From assembly GCA_013239625.1 (NCBI GenBank), contig MU054187.1, positions 14,728,974 to 14,792,973 on the forward strand: a stretch of DNA of 64,000 bases, in the 5' to 3' direction. Shown one piece after another: positions 13,798 to 24,858 of this stretch (position 1 is the stretch's first letter; every line of letters starts with the position of its first letter). Below the pieces are notes generated by a model. It was given only the letters and a program-made list of their open reading frames with translations, had not been told where the DNA came from and ran no database searches. The position numbers and the translations under genes were made by a program. Origin of the DNA: Lama guanicoe (taxonomy: Eukaryota).

Positions 13798-16700
13798 TAT
13801 TACAGTGTTTTATTCATTGGAGGGGATCAGATTATGGACATATATGGACCTGGAGATTAGATGAGTTCCTCCCCGACCAGCTTCATCTTTTTCAATATAA
13901 TGGAATTTTTGGTTTCAATATATTCAGTGTATGTTATTCAACTATAATAGTAATTCTTGTTGATGCTTATATTATCGCTCTTAGGTCCTTTAAGATCCCC
14001 TTTAACTTACTGCTGTTATGATTCCATTAATCTTTGAAACTGTCCTTGGTTTTGAGTGCTACAAACACATCACAGGCTCAGCCTGTATCCTTCCCTCCCT
14101 CCTTCTGCAATCAGTTCTTTCTCCAAGGAGTCCTGATTTCCTTTCATGTGGAATGGTACTAGAGACTAAAATCAGTATACAGGTTGTTTTTTGCTTTCTT
14201 GCTGTTTTATGGCTACATTTTCAAAAATTAACGGTATTTTATACAGCATGTTTTTCAGTTTGTTTTCAGAAGGAGTGTTGGTCTGGGTACTAGGGCACCA
14301 TATTGCCAGAAATGAAAATTTCCTTACGGAATATCCACTATCAAGTATTTTACTACACAAATGATTTATTCTCACATCAGTGAACTATGGTAGGACTCTT
14401 ACAATCATGCTCATTTTAAAGGTGACAAGATGAGACTGAGAGACTAAGTAACTTACCTCAGGTCACACAGTGAGGAAGCGGTCGGGTGGGCTTTGGAGCC
14501 AGACAGTTGGACTTAGGAATATAGGCTCAATACCATGATGCTGTAATGTTATCAGCCGCTCAGAAGTATTACTCATACGAGACTTGGCAGGAAGTAACTT
14601 ACATGGCATTGATTGCCTTACAAAGACTTTTTTTTGAGAAGCAAAGCTTATAAAATATGCAGAAACAGGGTTGGAAGAAACAGATAAAGATGTTTTTGTA
14701 GAATCAGAAAATCATCCTAAATAGTCCTTCTTTCAGTATTTTATATTGCTGACAGAGTTAACCCTTCAGTTGTGACCCTTCAACCAATCAGTCCTCCTCC
14801 GGCCACTCTCAGAATTGAACCTAGCTGACTCCAGAATGTCTTCTGTAATAAATAAATTGACATATATAAGAGATGACATGAAACATTGATTTAGTTAGCA
14901 AGCATAATAATATGATGGATACTGTGTACCCACCACCCAATCCAAGAACTAGAATATTACCAAAAGCTTATATCTACCTTTCCCTGTCCTAATCCCCTAC
15001 CTCTTATCTCTAGGCCCACTTTTTAAGTGAAATACAGTTTAGCTCTAATATATGTCTGCTTAAGAACCATACTGTTCATCTTTGCTTGTTCTGAGCACTG
15101 TATAAATGATACATAGTCTTCTTTCACTTGCCTTTCCCTCCTCAACATTATGTTTCTAATATTTATCCATATTATATGTAGTTCATTTCTCTGCAATGTC
15201 ATGTTGCATTGGGTGGACATACACAATTTATCTATCTGTTTTCCTGTTGGTGGCCTCTCGGGTTGTTGCTAGTTTTTTGCTATTGCAGACATTGTTATGA
15301 TCTTATCTATGTCTCCGGTATACAAATGCCAAGTGCAAACATTTCTTTGGGCTGTACAGCTGGAAATGCAATTACTGGGTTGAAAGGTATGTGAGTGTTC
15401 AACTTGGCAAGATAATGCCAAACAAGTTTCCCAAGTAGTTGTGCCAGTTCACGCCCTAATAGGTGATCTTGTCAAACTTCTAAATTTTGCTAAACTAACA
15501 GGTATAAAATTGCATCATGTTGAAATCCTGGTTTGTTTTTCTATAAATCCTAATGAAATTAGCATTTTCATATTTTTATTGGCCATATATATTTCCTCTT
15601 CTCTGAGAAGCCTGCTTCTTGCAAATAATTTTTTCTATTACTATTTCTAATGGATGCATAATAATCCACCTTATGGTTAAAACATAATTTCATCAGTCCT
15701 CTGATGAATATTTTCCCAATATTTTGCTGTTAGTAATTCGATTGACGTGATAAACATTCTGTGTACACCCAAGGTGATTTCTTTCAAGTAAATCTTAAAA
15801 ATGGAGCAGGCTGATGAGGCAGATATGCTCGTTTTGAAAAGGTGTTGGTACACACTGACAATTTACCTTCTGAAATGGTGGCTGTGTACATGAAAGGGTT
15901 TTTCTTCTAAACCTGTGAAAAATCTAAGCAGCTTTATGGCCTTTGATAAAGTCACTCTAAAACAGGGAAAGCCTGAAAATATAGAGAGGTTCTGGGAAAG
16001 CTGGAAAGGGATGAAGCCATGCTCCTGATGGCTCTTCTGAGAAAGGCGGGGAGCATGCATGAGTTTGGAGGTGCATGTGTGGGTGTATCAGTCCCGCTCC
16101 AGCCAGAGGAGCAGACCCACCAGCAGATGTACACAGAGATTTGGCGGTATGCAATCACAGCAGCTGGTTGAGTGGTCTCTGTAAGGCTGTTACCGTGTGT
16201 CTGTCTGATGCTGTAGCTTGTAGTCCATGGGGCAGGCGATCAGGAATGGAAGATAGATGGAAAGATGGGGTGAGCAAGGGAGGCTGGACCCCACAAGCAC
16301 GAGGGAGATGAGTGAGAGCCCACATGACAGGCGGAAACCCACATCAGTTCTTGTTTCCTCTCACCTTGGTGGCACGGGCATCCCGTGGAAACATTTGTCA
16401 AGGATCTAAACACGTACACCTGGCTTAGAGGTCCGAGAACCTGAAGGCAGGAAGGCAAAGGTGGCATATCGCAGATCCAGCTACTGCCTCCCACCAACAA
16501 GGTGAGTTGGCACGTTAGCAACCTTCATGCACATTTGTGTGCGTGTGCGTGTGTGTGTGAAAGAGAGGGAGAGAGAGAGAGGGACCAGGCAAGGGTTTAC
16601 AGCTGCAGGCATGCAACAGTATAAAAGGTGCTTTCTCATACATTATCCCGTTAAGTCTTCACAACAGCCCTGTGAAGCTGGAAGTGTAATCATTTCTAAT

Positions 16701-17331
16701 TTACAGGTGAGTCAAATGAGACTCTGGAGGGAAAGTGGCTTGCTCAGTTATCCAGGGAGAGATGGAGTTGAGACTCTGTTGGGTCAGTCGATTTTGACAG
16801 CTGTGACCAAGTGCTCCAGGACAGGTTTTAAATTCTAAATCATGCAGTTTCCCTCCAACCTGTGGTGGTTCAAGTTGGCTCTTGGTATTTTTAGGGTTAA
16901 GAGATCAATGAACATATTATAATTTACACATGACAATAGCTTTTAATAGAAATCTAGACCTTTTTCATGGCTTATTTTGGTGATGTCAGCAATTTAATAG
17001 AAACATATATGAAATAGGTTAGCTTTTTTAGAAAATAAAGTGGAAGTGTTAAGTTATACTGTATTTATTATCTTTGATTTCTTTTGAGTTCAGTTGATCA
17101 GAAATTCCTTTCAGTGAAAATGGGAATGTTTGGCTCATAATTTCCACTCTTGAGAAATAAATGTGGGGATACTGAAAAGAGTATTTTATTCATTCATTTA
17201 TTTACTTATGTAATTGACATATAACATTATATGAGTTTCACGTGTACAACATAATGATTCAATATTTGTATAAATTGCAAAATGACCACCACAATAAGTC
17301 TGGTTCACAGTATTTTTGTTTGTTTTATTTC

Positions 17332-17441
17332 CTTTGGTGGAGAGGTAATTAGGTTTATTTATTTAACAGAGCTACTGGGGATTCAACCCAGGATCCTGTG
17401 CATGCTAAGCATGCACTGTACCACTGAGCTATTCATGCCCC
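17332..17441 (-). mobile_element. tRNA-Ala-derived SINE (vic-1-like)
   Basis: Reverse complement reads tagctcagtggtacagtgcatgcttagcatgcacaggatcctgggttgaatccccag, followed by an A-rich tail. Confidence 0.8.
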
Positions 17442-19165
17442 TGCTTCGCAGTATTTTAAAACACGAAGTCAGTCCTGGTTTCTTTAACTAGTCAGTGGTA
17501 TGGAATGGGAAGAGAACTATACAAATTGCATTCTCTAGAAGCAGGTACTGAGACCCAGTTTGCATGCAAGATGATTAATACGGATCAACACCTGTAAAGG
17601 AAGGTGTTGGGAAGCAGGGGGTGGTGGAAAAGACCCCCCAACACAGGCCTGGCAAAGCCTTGGCCAATCCAATGGGACTGTCTGGAGGGAATGTTGTCCA
17701 TCAGAGTCGTCTGTCCCTGTGTCAGGCCAAGAAGCAGGGCCTTTATGCCCTGCCTTGCGTGTGGGCTGCTCGGGCCAGAGTGAGACCTGGGTGAAGAGGC
17801 TTTTGGCGTCAACCTCATACTCTGCTGCCGGACTGCAGGTTCTCTTGGAGGGGATCTGGGTGGGGCACCTCCGCGGCGCCACAAGAATTGCTACAGATTA
17901 AGAAAGATTTAAGGAACATTAACCAAATGCAAGAGAGTCTTGATTCCAAGGAACAACCATAATAAGACATTTTTGAGACAATTAGAGGACTATAGACTGG
18001 GTGTCAAATGATAGTTAGGATTGATTATTCATTTTATGGGTTGTGATAACGGTACTGTGGTTATAATAGAAAATGTCTTTATCTGTTAGTGGTATACCCT
18101 GATGTATTTATGGCTGTATAATTAGATGTCTAGAAAAACAATAAAACAACACAAGTGGAAGGGTTATTGATGAAATAAGGATTATTGATAACCATGAAAG
18201 AGATGGGCTCACACAGGTATTTTATGGCATTCTGTCTATGTATATATTTGAAGTTTTAAGCATAATAAAAAATTTTAAAAACCCATCAGAGATCATTTAA
18301 GAATAAGTACTTTTCCCTTGGTAAAAGAATTATCATCATAATAGAGTGGGTCTATGTTATTGGGTGTTGCATATTCTAGAGCTAGACATATGAATCCAGA
18401 AAGAAGTCAAATTTGAGTATCATGTTGACCTGCCCTGTTCAGGAAGCAAAGCATCCTGTGGTGTCAGCCCATAGCTTTCAGTGGAGTCTCAGGATTGCCC
18501 TGTTAAGTGAGGCTAAATGAACAACTGAGAAAAGAGAGACTGAAATAATAGAAGGGCAGTTAGGCAGGGGAGAAAGGAAACTACTTAATTCTGAGAGCAT
18601 CCAGCCACAGGCCTAGGTGCTTTCCACATATCATCTTACTAAATTCTCACGATAACCACCCCATGCTACTTATTCAAGACTTTCCAGATGATTCTCATTT
18701 TGCAAAGTAGAAAATTAAGACTCAGAAATGTGGGATGGGAGCTCATCCAAGTGCTGGAGTTGGGATTCAAAGTCAGGTGGTGTCCGGTTTCTAGGCCCTT
18801 GCACTGGGCCACTGGAGTTCAGAGCTGGTCACTTCCCTGACATCTGGCAGGACTCCTGGGGCAGCAGATTCTCCCTTCTGGAAAATGAGAGAAGTGCACA
18901 TTCTCCCTTGGCCACTGGGCACACGCCCAGACCTTCCACAGCCTGGCATCTCATGCTCTCTGCTCATGACACTCCTGCCTTATTTCTGGAAAGTAGAAAA
19001 ATTAGATAAGACAGAGAAAGATACTCTGAATCTTAATCAGAAGTTGTGAGGTTTCCCTCTTCCTTAGGGGCTTTTTCTGGCTTTTGTTCACTCATCTGCC
19101 CACCTTCAGCTAATGCCCTTTGTGATTTGTTGTCTGTCTGAAGCCGGTATACTTGGAGCTCCAAT

Positions 19166-19600
19166 TGTTACCGACCAGGGCTCTTGAATTCCTTATCAAT
19201 AGAAATTGATAAGAGGCCAGAGGAGAAGTTCAGGTAAGGCTTTACTGGGACTCATCAGCATGAAGGAGCCATAAGTAACAGGTTCCCTTGCTCACTCCCT
19301 GAGTGGGCAGAGCTGGCCCTTAAAGGGGTGAGGAAGGGCCCATGGGTTGGGCCAGAGGAGGGGCCATGGCGGTGCTGTGTGCAGGGGTCATGCACAGTAC
19401 CCTGCTTTTGCTCCTTCCATACCTCAGAAGTAGCAGTTGGATTTTTGGTCTTTTTATATCTTATTGTTCATAATTTGCCCCAACTGCCCACGTATGCAGT
19501 TATTTTTAGTCCCTTATCGGTTCTTTGTATTCTGTTGCTGGGGGAAACGTTTATCCAGGTGCCAGCACTGCAGCAAAGGGTCCCAGGTCCCTGTCTCCCA
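19166..19600. mobile_element. ERV solo LTR directly upstream of the promoter
   Basis: Starts TGTTACCGACCAGGG, about 430 bp, ends near CA; LTR-like composition. Confidence 0.5.
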
Positions 19601-19739
19601 GTGAAGATATCTAACAACTCTCGGAGAGGGTCCTGGGAGAGTTTTATCACGAGATGGCTGTGGATGCTTAAGACAGCCTAAAAATTTATGGGGAAGGAGG
19701 AGGAGGAGGAGGAGCTGATTGATAGATACAAACAACCTT

Positions 19740-20090
19740 CGCTTTGCTAACTGGAGGCTGGTTTCTCCTATCCGGCCACTATTTCCGGCAAGCCAAGCCT
19801 TTGTAAGCAACAAGTTTCGCCTTCTGCAAAACCCACCAATCAGCATTCATTCTTCAGCATACCTTATCTGCATAACAACTGCCGTCCCCCGGACCTGAGT
19901 GAGAACTACGGGCGGGACCGTTCATCCCCGCCCCTCTCTGTTTCAGACACGCTCCTTTCACGTTCAGTATACCCACCAATCAAAACTTACCTCTCAGTAC
20001 CCCTCATTTGCATAAGAACCCACCAATCAGCTCCCACCCAAGGAGATAAATAACCAAGCCGCTACAAGGTGCTCGGGTTCCAGTTTAAGT
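19740..20090 (+). promoter_or_regulatory. RNA Pol II promoter
   Basis: CCCACCAATCA x3 (CCAAT at 19836, 19976, 20023); octamer ATTTGCAT 20006-20013; GC boxes 19910-19917 and 19926-19934; MYB core CAACTGCC 19876-19883; TATA-like GATAAATAA 20045-20053; Inr-like CCAGTTT about 20080-20086; locally raised CpG. Confidence 0.75.
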
Positions 20091-20722
20091 GTGGGCTCCA
20101 TTTCGTAGTTTTTCCGAAGTTGGTCAAGTCCTTGTGGTTGAGCTGTCTCCTTTCTTTCTCTCTGACTGTGACACTTCTCCTACGTCCAGGCTGTGGAAAA
20201 TGAAGGAGGGATAAAGGGAAAGAGTAAAATCAAGGCGCGTGAGCTGCTGCTTAAAGTTCACGACCAACATTCCAATAAGCAAGAAGAGATTGCGCCGGCG
20301 CACCAGAGATGATGAAGGGAAAGTGCATTTCTGCAGAGGACGTCGGGAGTGATCTTGCCGCTTGCTCCCAACCGCTGTGCCCAGCTCCAAACCGGAGCCC
20401 GCACCACCGCTCCCACTCCGAAAGGGCTTGCTGCAAGTTCTGTGCATAAGCCGCTCTGTGGTTAGCCTGTTGTACACTAGTTTATTCCCAAGGCCTCAGC
20501 GCCTCGTCAGAAGGTTTTTGTTTTTGCCCCTTACGGTCTTGGCTGGAGAACGCGTCAAGGAATCCAGGGAGGAGACCACCAGTAACAAACTGACACAAAG
20601 TACTTTTAGATAATTTTGCTGAGTTAGAGCGGTGCTAAGAATTAGGCTTATGAAATGCAGTTACGTGGCGGTACACATTCACTGAGAGAGAAACTGCAGT
20701 ATGATCTGGAACTGAGGTTTAG
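20082..20722 (+). ncRNA. Putative first exon of a plus-strand non-coding transcript (or non-coding 5' exon)
   Basis: Lies directly after the promoter, is CpG-enriched and ends at the perfect donor TTTAG|GTAAGT (20723-20728); no credible ORF. Confidence 0.5.
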
Positions 20723-21699
20723 GTAAGTGTAGGTTTTCAGGATGTTGATACGAAAATCTTTCCACACGGGATACTACTCTACCTTATCCCCTATCACTCT
20801 GTAGCAGTTATGTTTATTCCTTTCACACTGCTGCTGACTTCATGCTTCCCAACATTCCTCCAAAAAGCTCCTTATAGACTTTTCCCCTGTCTAGTTAAAG
20901 AGGTAAACAGTTGATGGAAAAGGCTGGAGGTTCCCAGCAGGAAGTGCTGGGGCCCCACTTTGCTGATGTGGTTTCTGCTTCTCTTAGGACGGTAGCTCTT
21001 AGCTGCCCCCTGTGGGTGGAAGTGTGGTTTCCTTCAAGGTCCTTGAGTTCCGGACTCACCAGAGGGTGCCCGGCTCATGGGGTAGAGAAGAGTCAACCAG
21101 TTTAAAGTCGTAAAACACATCCCTTGGTTGCTAATTTTCTTATGTAGTTTTTTTGTGTGGTTTTCTTCCAGATTGAGCCCAAGTTGATTGGCTTCAGCTT
21201 CCTGTTTCCTGCTTCCCTCGCACTGTATCTCCGGGTTTTTCCTTCTTGCCACTTAGTCATCTATTATGTTGCTATGTACGAGGCTTCCTGCTAGGACCCC
21301 GGAAGAGGAAAGTGAATAAAACGTGGTTCCCTGAACTTCAGCGCACAGTGAGCTGGGGGAGACAGAAATGTAACTCATGGTGAGTGACTCTTGTCTTAGC
21401 TTCGTCGTCTTTTATTTTTTTCCATTCAGTGCGACTGCATCAGTTTCCTGGCTGGGGCATGTTCCTAAACTGGTTTTAGTTAATGTATAGATTATCTAGA
21501 AATGTAAGTCGTCATCATTATTAGTATGCCCCGTGTCTGAAGCTTTTGAATGCCTCTAATTCGTAGAGCCCTTGGTTACCAGTGAAATGTGTGTGGGAAA
21601 CAGTAACCTTAAGGACCATTAGAAAGTTATTTTTAGATCATTCTGATTTTGAGTGTGTGTGATTTTTGTGTTATTTTTAAAAAACAAACCCTCCCATCT

Positions 21700-22460
21700 C
21701 AGATATTATACATATTTCACATGTGTATATATATTTATAAATATCTATAAACATAAACATATGTAAGTATATAAATGTCACTATATATTTCTAAAAGATA
21801 AGGACTCTTTAAAAAGTAACCATAGTACCATTATCACACCTAAAAATTGACCAGTAATTCCTTAATATCAAATATCCAGTCAAGTTTCACTGATTTTTAT
21901 CATAAGCTTATAATTTTACAGCTCATGTGTTGGAATTAGGATCTTTTGGTAAGTCCATATGTCAAGGTGCCTCTTAAATCTCTTTTTTAATCTACAGTTT
22001 TCCCCTCATGTTCTTTATTTTTCCTTGCAATTTATTTGTTGAAGAAACTGAGTAATTTATCCAAGAGGGTTTTTCATAGCCTGGGTTTTGCCGATTGCTT
22101 CCCCTTGATATTTGATCTGTTCCTCGGTTCTCTGTATTTCCATAAAACTAGTAGTTAGAGCTAAAGGTCTGGACTTGAGTTTAAGGTAGAAATACCTCCT
22201 GAGTGATGGCACGTACACTGTGATCAGGAGACGCAAAATGCTTGCTTCTCTCTGTAACGTGAGCAGCCCTTGATGGTCGTTACCTCGACCCACTGGCTCG
22301 TAAGATGTTGCTAATGGTAATATTTAATTCTATCATAACTTCTTATGGCTTAGATGGAATACTAAAGAGAAACTTTTCTCATTAACGTTTGATTACCATG
22401 AAATGCAGTTTGTCCTGGAAAGGCAAAGTAAAGGCTTGATTCTTTTCTTCTATAAATAGT
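21700..22460 (-). mobile_element. Old L1MC-like 3' fragment
   Basis: accatagtaccattatcacacctaaaaattgaccagtaattccttaatatc resembles an L1MC 3'UTR. Confidence 0.55.
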
Positions 22461-23900
22461 TTTTAAAGGATGTAAACACTGAAGATTTCAGAGGCTGTAG
22501 GCCCCCTCACCCGTCTAGTTTTCTCCTTCTTCCTTTGGTTCCTCTGAGATCTGGAGTTTTACTCATTCATATTCTCTCTTTCATCCAACTTTGTGGGCTT
22601 TGGAGAAAGAATTGTAAACTCATTCACACTAAAGTGCAAATGACTAATAACAGTTTACAGCATGACTTTTCCAGAGAGATTTTCTGTTGAACTTGCATCA
22701 ACGTCTTAAATTAGAGAAATGAGATGAAGCTTCTTGGAGAAGACTAGCATTTGTATGCACTTAACTATTCTGTGTCGGCTGCCGTAGTAAATGATTTACA
22801 TGTGTTGTCTCGTTTAGCACCCACAGTGGCCCTATGAGTAAGGTATTCGTTTTACCCCCATTTTACAGATGTGAAGAACAGGGCTCAGCTAAAAAGTGAC
22901 GGAGGTGAACCTAAAGCCTGGGTAGTCTGGCTTGAAAGCCGGAGCTTTGAGCCTGCCTTTAGATGTAATGTCAGGCATCTTGAATAGGAGAAGAGGGGTA
23001 GGGGGAGAGGAGGGCTTCCCAAGCTTGAGATCATCAGCCTGACAGATCTGTTACTTTACTGGGTCCATGTGTAAGGTAGAGCCTGGCAATCACCCACAAA
23101 ACCAAAGATGTGCCTCCAGGGGTGTTAACTGTGGAACTGTTCCCAGCAGCAGTGATGTCTCTGCTCATCGGGATCCTGGTTACTTTCCCGGCTTCTCTTC
23201 CCTCTTCGTTCACGTGGTCCAGCCACACTGGCCTTTTTCCTGCTTCTCAAACATGCCAAGCTCCATTCATCGCCTATTCTTTCCCTGGGTTTTTATAGCC
23301 TGGCTTCTTCTCCACATTTCGGTCTTAGCTTAAATGTCAGCCCCCCCAGAGACATTTCCCCGACCATCCTGTCTAAAGTAGCTACTCCCTACCTCCCAGT
23401 CACTCTCTTTCCCAGTTCTCAGTGTCTTTTCTCTTATTACCACTTGAAACTATCTTCCCTCTTTCCCTATCAGAACATGGGGAGAACGTGGCCAGTTTTG
23501 TCCCCAGCTGGATCCTTGGAGCCTGGCACATGATAGGCACTCAGAAAGCCTTTGTTGAATGAGTGAGTTGGTTCAGGCAGCCTGTGCTCGTGGCATCCTA
23601 CGTGGTGGCCTGTCTTCCCACCCCAAATCCATCATCATTGGTTCCAGTTAACCACAGGAACTGCCATAGCTGTTATAGTCTGCTCTTCCATCTAGAAAGT
23701 CAAAGGTTTCTGCCTTCTGTATTTATAACCAACGCTTAACAAAAATGGCCAGACTTAGTTCCAGTTATAAATTCGGCTGAGGTCCAAGATGATTCATATT
23801 TTAACAAAAACCTGTTTGCTTAAGCTTCGTCTGTTTCCCCTGACACAGATTGTGCTGGGAAAAGGAAAGACGTGGGGGAACCTGTTTTTTGGCCACTTTT

Positions 23901-23920
23901 TTCCTTTTTTTTCTTTTTCC

Positions 23921-23951
<31 letters not shown>

Positions 23952-23999
23952 TTTTTTAGCAGAGAAAGGTTTATTGCAGGGCCAAGCAAGGAGAGGGTG
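23901..23999 (-). mobile_element. Small polyadenylated retrocopy with TSD
   Basis: Reverse strand reads caccctctccttgcttggccctgcAATAAAcctttctctgct plus an A tail of about 55 nt; TSD TTGGCCACTTTT at 23889-23900 and 24000-24011. Confidence 0.85.
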
Positions 24000-24051
24000 T
24001 TGGCCACTTTTCATAGCAGATCCCCAACTCTTCAGTTTTGAAATGGGGCAT

Positions 24052-24428
24052 CTGTCTTAGCTTGTGCTGCTATAACAAAACACCAAGACTGGTGGCTTAC
24101 ATTATAGACATTGATTCCTCACAGTTCTGGAGGCTGGCAAATCCAAGATCAAGGTTCTGGCGGATTCAGTTTCCGGTGAGGGCTGTCTTGGCTTGCAGAT
24201 GGCTGCCATCTTGCTGTGTCCTCACAGGGCAGAGAGACAGGGAAAGAGCTTTTGATGCCCTTTCTTTTCTCAGAAGGTAAGTAATTCTATCACGGGGGTC
24301 CTGCTTTCTTGATCTCATCTAAACCTAGTTACTTCTCAAAGACCTCACCTGCAAAGACTATCATGTTGAGGGGTTAGGACTTCAATGTTTGAATTCGGGG
24401 GTATGCAAACATTCAGTTCATAATAGCA
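24052..24428 (-). mobile_element. MaLR MLT1A-like LTR
   Basis: tgctgctataacaaaacacc...ctcacagttctggaggctggcaaatccaagatcaagg. Confidence 0.8.
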
Positions 24429-24534
24429 TCTCTCACATTTCTTCCTTCTTGATGTGAACATTGAATACCTCCAGGTGAAGACTATGACAGAAGTGGAAGC
24501 AGCTCAGGCATCATTTTTGTTTGTTTTTTGCATT

Positions 24535-24858
24535 CTTTTTTAAATTGGAGTACAGTTTACAATGTTGTGTCCATTTCTGCAGTACAGCATAATGTTTCAG
24601 TCGTACAGATACACACATACACTCCTTTTCATATTCTTTTCCATTACAGGTTATTACAAGATATTGAATATAGTCCCCTGTGCTCTACAGTATAAACTTG
24701 TTTATCTATTTTATATATAGTAGTTAGTATTGTATATAGTAGTTAGTATCTGCAAATTTTGAACTTCCGATTTATTCCTTCCCACCCCCTTTACCTAATA
24801 AGTTTTGTTCTCTATGTCTGTGAGTCTGTTTTTGTTTTGTAAATAAGTTCATTTGTGT
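24535..24858 (-). mobile_element. L1 3'UTR fragment
   Basis: T-rich tail then ttggagtacagtttacaatgttgtg...aaataagttcatttgtgtca. Confidence 0.8.

Noticed and set aside
19970..20500. Histone H2B gene (octamer, CCAAT and TATA arrangement)
   Set aside because: No histone ORF or histone 3' stem-loop follows on either strand.
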